From NCBI GenBank assembly GCA_963808735.1, contig CAWEHE010000011.1, forward strand, positions 105,607 through 169,606: 64,000 nt of DNA, read 5' to 3'. The translations under genes were made by a program, and so were the position numbers. The stretch is from an uncultured Thermoleophilia bacterium. Lineage in GTDB: Bacteria > Actinomycetota > Thermoleophilia > UBA2241. Every line of letters starts with the position of its first letter. Within the stretch, counting starts at the first letter, position 1. The notes beneath the pieces were generated by a model. It had not been told where the DNA came from, did not search any database, and was given only the letters and a program-made list of their open reading frames with translations. Shown here one piece after another: positions 10,615 to 19,528 of the stretch.

Positions 10615-10674
10615 TTGACGGCCGCCCGGGGGCCAGCTACATTGTCACCTCTTCGTACGTCCGAGAGGTTGACG
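10615..10674 (+). promoter_or_regulatory. Sigma70-type promoter of bioY with an overlapping BirA-like operator
   Basis: TTGACG (10615-10620) N17 TACATT (10638-10643). TGTCACCT-N16-GGTTGACG (10643-10674) resembles the BirA box TGTwAACC-N14/16-GGTTwACA. Confidence 0.6.
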
Positions 10675-10675
10675 A

Positions 10676-11227
10676 TTGTCCCGTCTCACCACCCGAGAGA
10701 TCGCCACCGCCGCCCTCTTCACGGCACTGATGTCGGTCGGGGCCTTCGTCGCCATCCCCGTGGGGTCCGTGCCGTTCACGCTCCAGGTGTACGTGGTGCT
10801 GCTCGCCGGGATGGTGCTCGGACCACGTCTGGGCACACTCAGCGTGGCGGCCTACCTCGTTCTCGGCCTCGTCGCCCCGGTGTACGCCGGCGGCGCATCC
10901 GGTTTCGGCGCACTGTTCGGCCCCACCGGGGGCTACCTCTGGGGCTTCCTCGGAGCGGTGCTCGTCACGGGGCTGATCGCGCGGCGGGGGGAGCGCACCG
11001 TGCCGCGGCTGCTGGTGGCTGGGCTCGCCGGCCTCGTGCCCATCTACGCCGTCGGCGCCTGGTGGCTCGCATTGCAGCTGGGGCTGAGCGCCCAAACGGC
11101 CGTGCTGACCGGCGTGGCGCCGTTCGTGTGGATCGACGTGGTGAAGGCCGTGGCCGCGGCGTTCACGGCGCGAGCGGTCGTCAGCCTGCCGCTGGGTCTT
11201 CCTGCCGCGTCCCGGCGAGGCCGCTGA
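10676..11227 (+). CDS. bioY: Biotin transporter BioY
   Basis: VPFTLQ...LAGMVLG...YLVLGL..PVYAGG...GPTGGYLWGF; adjacent to birA. Confidence 0.93.
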   Translation: MSRLTTREIATAALFTALMSVGAFVAIPVGSVPFTLQVYVVLLAGMVLGPRLGTLSVAAYLVLGLVAPVYAGGASGFGALFGPTGGYLWGFLGAVLVTGLIARRGERTVPRLLVAGLAGLVPIYAVGAWWLALQLGLSAQTAVLTGVAPFVWIDVVKAVAAAFTARAVVSLPLGLPAASRRGR

Positions 11228-12614
11228 CGTCGGCAAGGGCGTGACCGCGGAGCCGCAGGTTGATGCGGCCGCGCTCGTACTCGCCCATGAAGTCGGTGGA
11301 GCTGCCGTCGCGATAGGCGAGGTCCTTGTCCCGCAGGACCTTGGCGAGGGCCTCCACGTAGGTAGCGTCCAGGGTCGTGCCGGCCATCATGCGCAGCTCC
11401 TTGAGCGCCTCGAACGAGCTCCGGGCTCCGCGGTAGGGCCGGTCCGACGTCATCGCGTGGTAGCTGTCCGCGACCGCGAGGACCTTGCTGAGCTCCGGGA
11501 TCGCCTCACTGCGGATACCGTTGGGGTAGCCGCTGCCGTCCAGGCGCTCGTGATGGTAGCGGACGATGTCGGCGACCTCCTGGTAGGCGGCCAGGTGCGA
11601 GAGGACCTCGGCGCCCTTCTCGGGATGCTGACGGATGAACTCCCACTCGGCATCGTCGAGCGCGCTGGCCTTGCGCAGCACGGCGTCCGGCACGCCGACC
11701 TTGCCGAGGTCGTGGAGCAGCCCGGCGAAGTGCAGCGCCTCGGCCTCCTCCTCCGGCAGAGCGAGCGCGAGCGCGATGTCGCGGCAGTACATCGCCACCG
11801 CCGCCGAGTGCTGCGCCGTGTACTCGTCCTTGCTGTCGAGCAGGACGACCATGGCAGCGGCCAGGCCGATGTTCATCTCGAGATACTGGTCGCTCAATTC
11901 GGTCTGTCGCGCCACGTGCTCGCGCTCGCGCACCAGGAGCTTGAACATGTACTGGGCGGCGAACAGCGGCACGAACAGCAGCGCCACGGCGATGATGCCG
12001 GCGGCGGCGTAGAGCGCTGCGATCGCGAGCCCCAGCAGGAGGAGCACGCCGAGCGAGCGCAGGAAGGGTGGCATCTCCTCGCGCCAGAAGGCGCGGAAGC
12101 GACGGCGGTACTTGACGCGCATGCCGAGGCTGAGGAGAGCGAGGTTCGTCGCCTCGAAGGTCACGGCGGCCGCAGCTCCCGCAGCGAGGAGCCCTAGTGT
12201 CACCTGGTCGAGCTGTACGCCAAAGGGACCCAGCAGTGCGTCGAAAGCAAGTGAGGCGAGAAAGACGGCGATCACGTAATTGGCGGTGTTGTAGACGACA
12301 ACGAAGCGCGAACTCTCGCGCCAGGCGCCCCAGAGCCCGACCGCGACGGCAACGCCGATGGCCGGCAGCCTGCCCGTGAACATGATCGCCAGAAGGATGG
12401 GCAGGTTACCGGCGCTAAGGGTGACGCGGTCGGAAACCTCGACGGACATCTCGTCGGCGATGATGGCGAGGATGGCGAACACGACGGCGTCGCGGATGAC
12501 GGCCGTCGAGACGGGAATCGGCCCCGGAAAGCGGAACGCGTACGCCACAGCGAGCCCGGCGCAGAGCGCCAAGCCCGACGTGAGCACGCGGTAGTCACGC
12601 TCAGGTATCGACAC
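11181..12614 (-). CDS. Membrane-bound HD-GYP cyclic dinucleotide phosphodiesterase with a multi-TM N-terminal sensor domain
   Basis: About 7 hydrophobic segments, then KDEYTAQHS, LLHDLGKVG, HPEKG, YHHERLDGSGYP, ADSYHAMTSDRPYR. Start GTG 12614 after GGAGAGG. Confidence 0.9.
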   Translation of the reverse strand: MSIPERDYRVLTSGLALCAGLAVAYAFRFPGPIPVSTAVIRDAVVFAILAIIADEMSVEVSDRVTLSAGNLPILLAIMFTGRLPAIGVAVAVGLWGAWRESSRFVVVYNTANYVIAVFLASLAFDALLGPFGVQLDQVTLGLLAAGAAAAVTFEATNLALLSLGMRVKYRRRFRAFWREEMPPFLRSLGVLLLLGLAIAALYAAAGIIAVALLFVPLFAAQYMFKLLVREREHVARQTELSDQYLEMNIGLAAAMVVLLDSKDEYTAQHSAAVAMYCRDIALALALPEEEAEALHFAGLLHDLGKVGVPDAVLRKASALDDAEWEFIRQHPEKGAEVLSHLAAYQEVADIVRYHHERLDGSGYPNGIRSEAIPELSKVLAVADSYHAMTSDRPYRGARSSFEALKELRMMAGTTLDATYVEALAKVLRDKDLAYRDGSSTDFMGEYERGRINLRLRGHALADVSGLAGTRQEDPAAG

Positions 12615-12675
12615 GGTACCTCTCCGGGTGTGCAGTGACCCGTCTATCGGCACCGATTGTAGAGAGCTTGAGCGC

Positions 12676-12756
12676 TCAGTGCATCTTGCTGCCGCCGCCG
12701 CTCGTGACGAGCGCGTACAGCAGGGAGGCGAGCGTCTTCTCGATCTTCTTGCTCAT
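12676..12756 (-). CDS. Small peptide MSKKIEKTLASLLYALVTSGGGSKMH (26 aa), candidate signalling peptide precursor
   Basis: ATG 12756 with GAGGT RBS, TGA at 12676-12678. Basic N-terminus, hydrophobic core, GGGSKMH end; immediately upstream of the HD-GYP gene. Confidence 0.7.
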   Translation of the reverse strand: MSKKIEKTLASLLYALVTSGGGSKMH

Positions 12757-12787
12757 GGTGCTACCTCAGTCGATCGGTCGCTCGCGG

Positions 12788-12868
12788 TCAGTGCATCTTC
12801 CCAGCCGAAGCTGATGTGCATCTTTCCAGCGGAACTTGAATGTGCATCTTGCCGGCGAAGCTGATCAT
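12788..12868 (-). CDS. Small repeat peptide MISFAGKMHIQVPLERCTSASAGKMH (26 aa as read; possibly M-ISFAGKMH-IKFAGKMH-ISFAGKMH)
   Basis: Strong RBS GGAGGAAAGCC-ATG; three 24-26 nt units each ending AAGATGCAC, then TGA. Confidence 0.6.
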   Translation of the reverse strand: MISFAGKMHIQVPLERCTSASAGKMH

Positions 12869-13180
12869 GGCTTTCCTCCCGGAGGCTCACGTTTTCGCCA
12901 CCACGTGCCGATAGGATGTGGTTGACGATGCTGTGCCGTGACTCTATGGACGCCAGGCTGGCCTCGCCTACCCCGCGGACTTGGACAAACCGGGCAATGT
13001 GCGGAACACCGGTTGCCAGAATGGACAACGCCTTTCTCGTGGGGCTGCGAAGCCGCTGCCGGGTCGCGACACGTCAGCCCTCTTGGTGTACGCTTCGGGC
13101 GCGGCCGCCGCAGGCGCGCCGCGGGGCCCGTCGCCTTTCGAGGCCCCATTCAGCACACACCGCGCCGTGGGGGAACTGCG

Positions 13181-14407
13181 ATAGAGGCGAACGTCGTCGC
13201 CAGCGAAGCTCAGGTCGTGCCGCTCAACCGCAACGCGAGCTTCCTGCTGCTCTGGGCGGGCCAGTTCATCTCGCAGATCGGTGACCGGCTCGCCGCCCTC
13301 GCCCTCCCTTGGCTGGTCTACACGACGACGGGATCCGCACTGGGGACGGGCGCCGTGTTCGCCCTCTACACGCTGCCCTACGTCCTGTTCGGCGCCTTTG
13401 CCGGCGTCGCCGTGGACCGCTTCGACAAGCGGCGGCTCATGATCGCCGTCGACCTGGCCCGCGCGGCCCTCGTCCTGGCGGTGCCGTTCGTCGCCGGCCG
13501 CTCGCTGCCCGCCGTCTTCGTGCTCAGCTTCGCGATCTCGACGGCCGCCGTGTTCTTCGACCCCGCCAAGCTCGCCATCCTCCCCGAGATCGTGCCCCCG
13601 GGCCGGCTGCTGCGCGCGAACTCGCTGCTCTCGACCGGGGAGAACCTCACCGAGATCCTCGGCTGGGCGCTCGCCGGCGTGCTGCTCGCCTCCGTGAGCA
13701 CGTCGGTCGCGTTCGAACTCGACGCCGTCACCTTCGCCGTCTCGGCCGTCGCCCTCGCGCTCATGCCCTACCGGGCGCCGGCGCGCGCGGCGGCGGAGCG
13801 GACCGCGCGCGCCTTCTGGCGCGAGATGCAGGAGGGGTTCAGCTTTCTCCGCCACGACCGTGGCCTGCGCGCCAACACCGTCATGGTCCTCGTCTGCGTG
13901 GCCGGACTGGGCGCCTCCTACCCGCTCACCTTCCTCCTCGCCGTCAACGTGTTCGACGGCGGCACGGGGGCGTTCGGCGCCTTGGAGGCGGTCGTGGGCG
14001 CCGGGTACCTGGCGGGCTCGCTTGCCGTGGTCGCCTTCGCGCCGCGCGTGCGCAAGGGCCGGCTCATGATCGGCGGCCTGGCGCTCATGGGCGGCTGCCT
14101 CGCCCTCGTCGCGACGGCCGGCTCGGTGTGGATCGCGGCGATCCCGTTCGCCGTCTTCGGCATGGCCAACGCAGCAGCGCTGATCGCCGTGGACACGTAC
14201 ATGCAGCAGGTGGTGCCGCAGGGCATGCGCGGCCGCGTGCTCGGCATGCGGTTCACGCTCACCCAGGGCATGTACGCGCTCTCGGTGCTGGTAGGCGGCG
14301 CGCTCGCCGGGATCGTGGACGTGCGCATCCTGTTCGTCGTCGCCGGGGCCATCGTCGCGGCGTCTGCGGTGGTAGGCCTGCTGTCGCGAGAGGTCCGGGA
14401 GTCCTAG
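13181..14407 (+). CDS. MFS transporter (DHA3/MefA-like)
   Basis: FLLLWAGQFISQIGD, GVAVDRFDKRRLMIAVDL, about 12 TM. Start uncertain (ATA 13181 or GTG 13217). Confidence 0.88.
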   Translation: MEANVVASEAQVVPLNRNASFLLLWAGQFISQIGDRLAALALPWLVYTTTGSALGTGAVFALYTLPYVLFGAFAGVAVDRFDKRRLMIAVDLARAALVLAVPFVAGRSLPAVFVLSFAISTAAVFFDPAKLAILPEIVPPGRLLRANSLLSTGENLTEILGWALAGVLLASVSTSVAFELDAVTFAVSAVALALMPYRAPARAAAERTARAFWREMQEGFSFLRHDRGLRANTVMVLVCVAGLGASYPLTFLLAVNVFDGGTGAFGALEAVVGAGYLAGSLAVVAFAPRVRKGRLMIGGLALMGGCLALVATAGSVWIAAIPFAVFGMANAAALIAVDTYMQQVVPQGMRGRVLGMRFTLTQGMYALSVLVGGALAGIVDVRILFVVAGAIVAASAVVGLLSREVRES

Positions 14408-14538
14408 AAGCGCTCCCACCCGCGGCCCGGCCGGCTGCGCCGTCCGGCGACCGGGTGATAGCCTTCTAACGGAATCCCGAGGGCGACGCGCCGGGGTGGG
14501 GCCGGCCGTCCGTCGCCGGTCGTGAACGCAAGGACGCC

Positions 14539-15891
14539 ATGACCTCCCGGAACGACTCACAGACCCCCCGCGACGGCGGCGCGCAGCCTACGAGCTGGCT
14601 TCAGCTCGGCGTGATCAGCGTGTCCGAGTTCGTGGTCTGGGCCGGCTTCGGCGCCATCATCCCGTACCTCCCGCTCTTCCTCGAGGAGCAGGCGCACGCC
14701 TCGATGACTCTTTGGGCGGTCATCGCGGCGATGTTCTACGTGGGCACCCTGCTGTTCTCGTCGCCCCTCGGCTGGCTGAGCGACACGATCGGCCGCAAGC
14801 CGGTCATGGTCGGCGGGGCCGTCGTGTACACCATCGCGCTGCTGCTCTTCACGACCACCACCGATCCGTACTGGTTCATCCTCTTCCGTCTGCTCGAAGG
14901 TATCGGAACGGCGGCCTTCGGCCCCGCCGCCCAGGCGTTCGTCGCCGACATCACCACGGACGACAACCGCAGCAAGGCCTACGGGTTCCTGACGACGGCG
15001 CAGTTCGGCGGGTTGATCGTGGGGCCCGCCCTGGCCGCACCGCTCTACGCCCTGGGCGGCGGCGGCACCAGCGGCTTCTACGCCATCTTCTACTTCGGCG
15101 CGATCCTCTCCGGGCTCGCGCTGGCCGCGATCCTGCTGTTCGTGCGCGAACCGGCGGCGCTCAAGACTCGGCGCACGCAGCGCCGCCGCGAGCGCGAGGC
15201 GCACGCAGGCTGGCGGGTGGCCCTGAAGCGTTACCGCTCCATCTTCACGCCGCCGATCCTCGCCTTCGTCCTGATCGCGTTCACCAGCCACTACGCCATG
15301 GGCGCCTGGGACGTCGTGTGGAGCCTCTACCTCTCTCACCTCGGCGCTTCCAAGACGTACATCAGCATGACGTGGGTGGCGTTCAGCGTGCCGATGCTGC
15401 TCAGCTTCGTCGGCGGGATGTTCGCGGACCGCCACAGTCGCTTCTGGCTGTTCGTCGTCGGGTACGCCCTCTCGAGCTTCGCCTGGATGTTCTACGGCAT
15501 CTCCACGAACCTGGTGGCGCTCATCGTGGTCAACGTGCTGGAGGGGATCGCGATCGCCTTCTCCTATCCGGCGAAACAGGCGTTCCTGATCCAGGTGAGC
15601 CCGCGGCGCTGGCTCGGCACCGTGACGGGGGTCGAGGCGACCTCGATGCAGCTGGCCGGCCTGCTCGGTTCGCTCACGGCGCCGCTCATGTACGCAAGGA
15701 TCTCGGGACGGGTGCTCACGTTCGCAGGGATCATCGCCCTGGCCGGGCTGGCGATTGCGGCGCCGATCCTCTACCGGGCGTGGAAACGGCTCCAGGCGGC
15801 AGGGGACATGCCGACACAGGCCGAACTGGAACGGCTCGCCGACGGCACGAGGACCGCGTTCGCGGCCGAGCCGCCGCGCGGCCCGGAGTGA
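14539..15891 (+). CDS. MFS transporter (DHA1/TetA-like)
   Basis: GWLSDTIGRKPV motif A, FRLLEGIG, about 12 TM. Confidence 0.9.
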   Translation: MTSRNDSQTPRDGGAQPTSWLQLGVISVSEFVVWAGFGAIIPYLPLFLEEQAHASMTLWAVIAAMFYVGTLLFSSPLGWLSDTIGRKPVMVGGAVVYTIALLLFTTTTDPYWFILFRLLEGIGTAAFGPAAQAFVADITTDDNRSKAYGFLTTAQFGGLIVGPALAAPLYALGGGGTSGFYAIFYFGAILSGLALAAILLFVREPAALKTRRTQRRREREAHAGWRVALKRYRSIFTPPILAFVLIAFTSHYAMGAWDVVWSLYLSHLGASKTYISMTWVAFSVPMLLSFVGGMFADRHSRFWLFVVGYALSSFAWMFYGISTNLVALIVVNVLEGIAIAFSYPAKQAFLIQVSPRRWLGTVTGVEATSMQLAGLLGSLTAPLMYARISGRVLTFAGIIALAGLAIAAPILYRAWKRLQAAGDMPTQAELERLADGTRTAFAAEPPRGPE

Positions 15892-15921
15892 GGGCCACGG
15901 CGCGTCAGCACCAGCGAACGA

Positions 15922-16995
15922 TCAGTAGCGCCGGATCTCGCGGTAGAGCGTGTCGCGCTGCACCGGCGTGCGGCCGGCCGCACGGATGAGCCGCACCATC
16001 TCGTCGACGTCGCACTGGTTGCGCACGCCGGCGGCCGCGACGACATTCTCCTCGATCATCGTGGAACCCATGTCGTTGGCGCCGAAGGCGAGCGCCACCT
16101 GGCCCATGCGCAGGCCCTGCGTGACCCATGAGGCCTGCACATTGGGCACGTTGTCGAGGTAGATGCGCGTGACCGCGAGCATCATCAGGTAGTCGATGCC
16201 GGTGGCGGGGACGTGGCCGGCCTGCAGCTCCGTGTTGCCGGCCTGGAACGTCCATGGGATGAAGGCGGTGAAGCCGCCGGTCTCGTCCTGCAGGTCGCGG
16301 ATGCGGCGCAGGTGCTCGATGCGCTCGGCAGGAGTGTCGAGCGAGCCGAACATCATCGTCGCCGTGGTCTTCATGCCGAGCCCGTGGGCTATGCGCATCA
16401 CGTTCAGCCAGGTGTCGGTGGGGATCTTGTGCGGGCTGATGGCCGTGCGCACGCGATCGACGAGCACCTCGGCGCCGCCGCCGGGAAGGCTGTCGAGGCC
16501 GGCGGCGTGCAGCCGCGTCAGCGTCTCCTCTACGGTGAGGCCGCTCAGCTTCGAGATGTGGACGATCTCCGGCGGTGAGAGCGAGTGGATGTGGATCGGG
16601 TACCGCGCCTTGATGCCGCCGAACACCTTCTCGAACCAGCAGATATCGAGGTCCGGATGCAGGCCACCCTGCATCATGATCGCCGTGCCGCCGAGCTCGA
16701 GCGTCTCCTCGATCTTGCGGTGGATGTCCTCTTCCGCGAGGAGGTAGCCCTCCCCGCTCCCCGGCTTCTTGTAGAAGGCGCAGAAGCGGCAGCCCGAGAT
16801 GCAGTAGTCCGTGTAGTTGATGTTGCGGTCGACGATGAAGGTGACCTCGTCGCCGGGGTGCAAGCGGCGACGGACGGCGCCGGCGCGCGCGCCGGCGCCC
16901 AGCAGGTCGCCGCCCTCGAGCAGCGCGAGGGCCTCGGCGTCGGTGATGCGGCCGGCGGGCGGGGCGGCGGCGGGCGAAGTCCGGCCGCCGGTCAC
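15922..16995 (-). CDS. mqnC: Cyclic dehypoxanthinyl futalosine synthase (radical SAM)
   Basis: VTFIVDRNINYTDYCISGCRFCAF, MQGGLHP, SLPGGGAE, TTATMMFG, FIPW, QASWVTQG, GANDMGSTMIEENVV. Confidence 0.93.
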   Translation of the reverse strand: MTGGRTSPAAAPPAGRITDAEALALLEGGDLLGAGARAGAVRRRLHPGDEVTFIVDRNINYTDYCISGCRFCAFYKKPGSGEGYLLAEEDIHRKIEETLELGGTAIMMQGGLHPDLDICWFEKVFGGIKARYPIHIHSLSPPEIVHISKLSGLTVEETLTRLHAAGLDSLPGGGAEVLVDRVRTAISPHKIPTDTWLNVMRIAHGLGMKTTATMMFGSLDTPAERIEHLRRIRDLQDETGGFTAFIPWTFQAGNTELQAGHVPATGIDYLMMLAVTRIYLDNVPNVQASWVTQGLRMGQVALAFGANDMGSTMIEENVVAAAGVRNQCDVDEMVRLIRAAGRTPVQRDTLYREIRRY

Positions 16996-17495
16996 GTACC
17001 GGCCTCCGGCTCGAGGAACAGCTGGAAGCGGACGAGGTGGTCTCCGTGCGGGCCCCGGTCCGTGGTCACGGGCACGCCGCAGACCTCGTCGTCACCCGGC
17101 AGCACGGAGAAGCCGAGCGCCGTGTGAAAGGCGATGGAGCCGCCGTTGACCGGTGCGGTGACGGCGCGCACGACCGTGCGCCCGCTCGTGCGCGCGAGCG
17201 CGAAGAAGCGCCGGTACAGGTCGCCGGCGAGGCCGACGCGGCGCCACGCCGGTTCGATGCCGACGAAGTGGACGTAGGCCTCATCATCGTGATCGGGGCA
17301 GAAGAAGCCGACGAGGAACCCGATGAGCCTGTCCTCGTGCTCGACGAGCAGCGACGTCCCGCGGAAGTGCTCGAAGAAGACCTTGGGCAGCAGCGGACGC
17401 AGGTCGCGCCCGTCCCACCACCCCGGCATGACCGCCATCACGCGGTCCCAGTCGTCGGGGATGGGCCGGCGGAAGATGAGGCTGGTGCAGGACAC
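16992..17495 (-). CDS. GNAT acetyltransferase inserted between mqnA and mqnC
   Basis: LIGFLVGF...EAYVHFVGIEPAWRRVGLA...VTAPVNGGSIAFHTALGF. Confidence 0.85.
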   Translation of the reverse strand: MSCTSLIFRRPIPDDWDRVMAVMPGWWDGRDLRPLLPKVFFEHFRGTSLLVEHEDRLIGFLVGFFCPDHDDEAYVHFVGIEPAWRRVGLAGDLYRRFFALARTSGRTVVRAVTAPVNGGSIAFHTALGFSVLPGDDEVCGVPVTTDRGPHGDHLVRFQLFLEPEAGT

Positions 17496-17509
17496 GTCGC
17501 CGTCCAGCC

Positions 17510-18341
17510 TCAGGCGCCCCCGGCCCGGCCGGCCGGGTCGTCGAGGACGGGGACGTGCTTCAGCTCGCCGATGGCGGCGGCGCGCCGGTAGAACTCGCGC
17601 AGCCCGGCGCGATAGTCCGGCGTGAAGCCGAACTTCAGCTGGTCGAAGTAGTCCATGAGATAGGCCTGGCTGAAGTCGTACACCTGCGCGGCGGCGGCGG
17701 CGGTCGCCTCGGGCGCCGCCGCGCAGGCGTCACGCGAGGCGAGGAGCGCGGCGCCGACGGCGGCGGCCGCCTCTGGCCGCGCCCGGGCGAAGTCGCGGCG
17801 CGCGGCGCACACCGCGTACACCATCGGCAGCCCGGTCACGCGCTTCCACTCGGCGCCGAGGTCGAAGTGGTGCGGGTACGCCTCGACGCGCAGCAGATGC
17901 AGCGCCTCGTCGCCGATGAGCAGCAGCGCATCGAAGTCCTCGAGGACCTCGGACAGCGGCCCCTCGCGGGGCGCGAACTCCGGCGCGATGCCCCACTCGC
18001 GGCAGAGTACCTTGAGCAGGCAGATGGAGGTCGCGCTCTTCTCCGTCAGCGCGACCCGGCGGACGCTGCGCGAGCGGCGTGCGCGCGAAGAGCTGGATCG
18101 AGTCGACGGCGCCGAAGGAGCTGATGGAGACCTGCGGCAGCAGCATCAGCTGGTCGGCGTCGCGAGCGAAGGCGATCGAGGACGGCAGGGCCACGTCGAT
18201 CGCCCCCTCCACGAGCATCTCGTTGAGCGCCGCGGGATACCCCCCGACGACGTCGGCGCGCACGCCGCGAGAGGCGAGTTCCCGCTCGAAGTGGTGATAG
18301 AGCGGAAAGCAGTTGACGAACTCGATGCGCCCGACGCGCAC
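17510..18341 (-). CDS. mqnA: Chorismate dehydratase, frameshift near 18070
   Basis: MRVGRIEFVNCFPL...PAALNEML...ISSFGAVDSI joins in another frame to VALTEKSATS...ALLLIGDEALH...DLGAEWKRVTGLPMVYAV. Confidence 0.88.
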
Positions 18342-18379
18342 CGGTGGGCCTGCCGGGCGCGGCGCCTCCCACCCGGCTC

Positions 18380-19508
18380 TCAGGCGCCGGCGTCATCGTA
18401 CCGCCGCACGACGTTGTAGAGCGTGTCGCGCTCCACCGGCTCGCGGCCGGCGGCGCGGATGACGCGCACGAGCTCGGCCTTGCTGAGCTCCTGGGCCGTA
18501 TCCACGCCGGCCGCGTGACTGATCCTCTCCTCGACCACGGTACCGTCGAGGTCGTTGACGCCGAAAGCCAGTGACACCTGCGCGAGCTTGAGGCCGACGT
18601 TGATCCAGAACGCTTTGACGTGGCGGAAGTTGTCCAGCACCAGGCGGCCGACGGCGAGCATCTTGAGGTCGTCGAAACCGGTGGGCCCGGGCAGCTCACT
18701 GAGTCCGGTGTTGGCCGGCTGGAAGGACAGCGGGATGAAGGCGTTGAAGCCGCCGGTGTCGTCCTGGAGCTCGCGGAGACGGACCATGTGGTCCGCGAGC
18801 TCCTCCGGCGTCTCGACGTGGCCGTAGAGCATGGTCGCGTTGGACTTCATGCCGACCTCGTGCGCCGCGCGATGGACGTCCAGCCACGTCTGGCCGCTGA
18901 TCTTCTGCTCACAGATGAGGTCGCGCACGCGGCCGCTGAAGACCTCGGCGCCGCCTCCCGGCAGCGAGCCGAGCCCGGCGTCCTTGAGCTCCTGCAGCAC
19001 CTCGGTCACGGACTTGCCGCTGATCCTGGCGAAGTGGGAGATCTCGCTGGCGGTGAACGCCTGGATGTGGACGTCCGGGGCCAAGCTCCCGGAGCGCGCG
19101 CATCATCCCCAGGTAGTAGTCGAAGGGCAGGTCGGGATGCTCGCCGCCGACGATGTGGATCTCGCTGATGCCGCCGACGGCGAGCGTCTCGCGAGCCTTG
19201 TCGACCACCTCGTCGACGCTGAGCGTGTAGGCGTCGGCATCACCCTCGTCGTGGCTGAAGGCGCAGAACAGGCAGCGGTTGCGGCAGACGTTGGTGTGGT
19301 TGATGTGCCGGTTGCAGATGAAGTAGACCTCGTCGCCGGCGATGCGCGCACGGGCGAAGTCGGCCATCGCGCCGAGCGCGAGGATGTCGCTGCTGGAGAG
19401 CAGCTCGGTCGCATCGTCGCCGGTCAGACGCTCGGCGGCCTCGACCTTGCGCCAGAGGTGGTCGAGGCCGGAGCGCGCGGCGAGCGCGGAGATCTCACTT
19501 GGGTTCAC
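18380..19508 (-). CDS. mqnE: Aminofutalosine synthase (radical SAM), frameshift near 19085
   Basis: HINHTNVCRNRCLFCAF, EIHIVGG / HIQAFTASEI, SLPGGGAEVF, SNATMLYGHVE, HVKAFW, DLDGTVVEERISHAAG. Confidence 0.9.
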
Positions 19509-19528
19509 GGGATCGACTCCGAAGGTCG

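Noticed and set aside
12679-12850. Four GTGCATCTT repeats considered as a mini-CRISPR or iteron array
   Set aside because: The repeat is only 9 nt, spacing is irregular, the spacers resemble each other and there are no cas or rep genes. Peptide coding explains them better.
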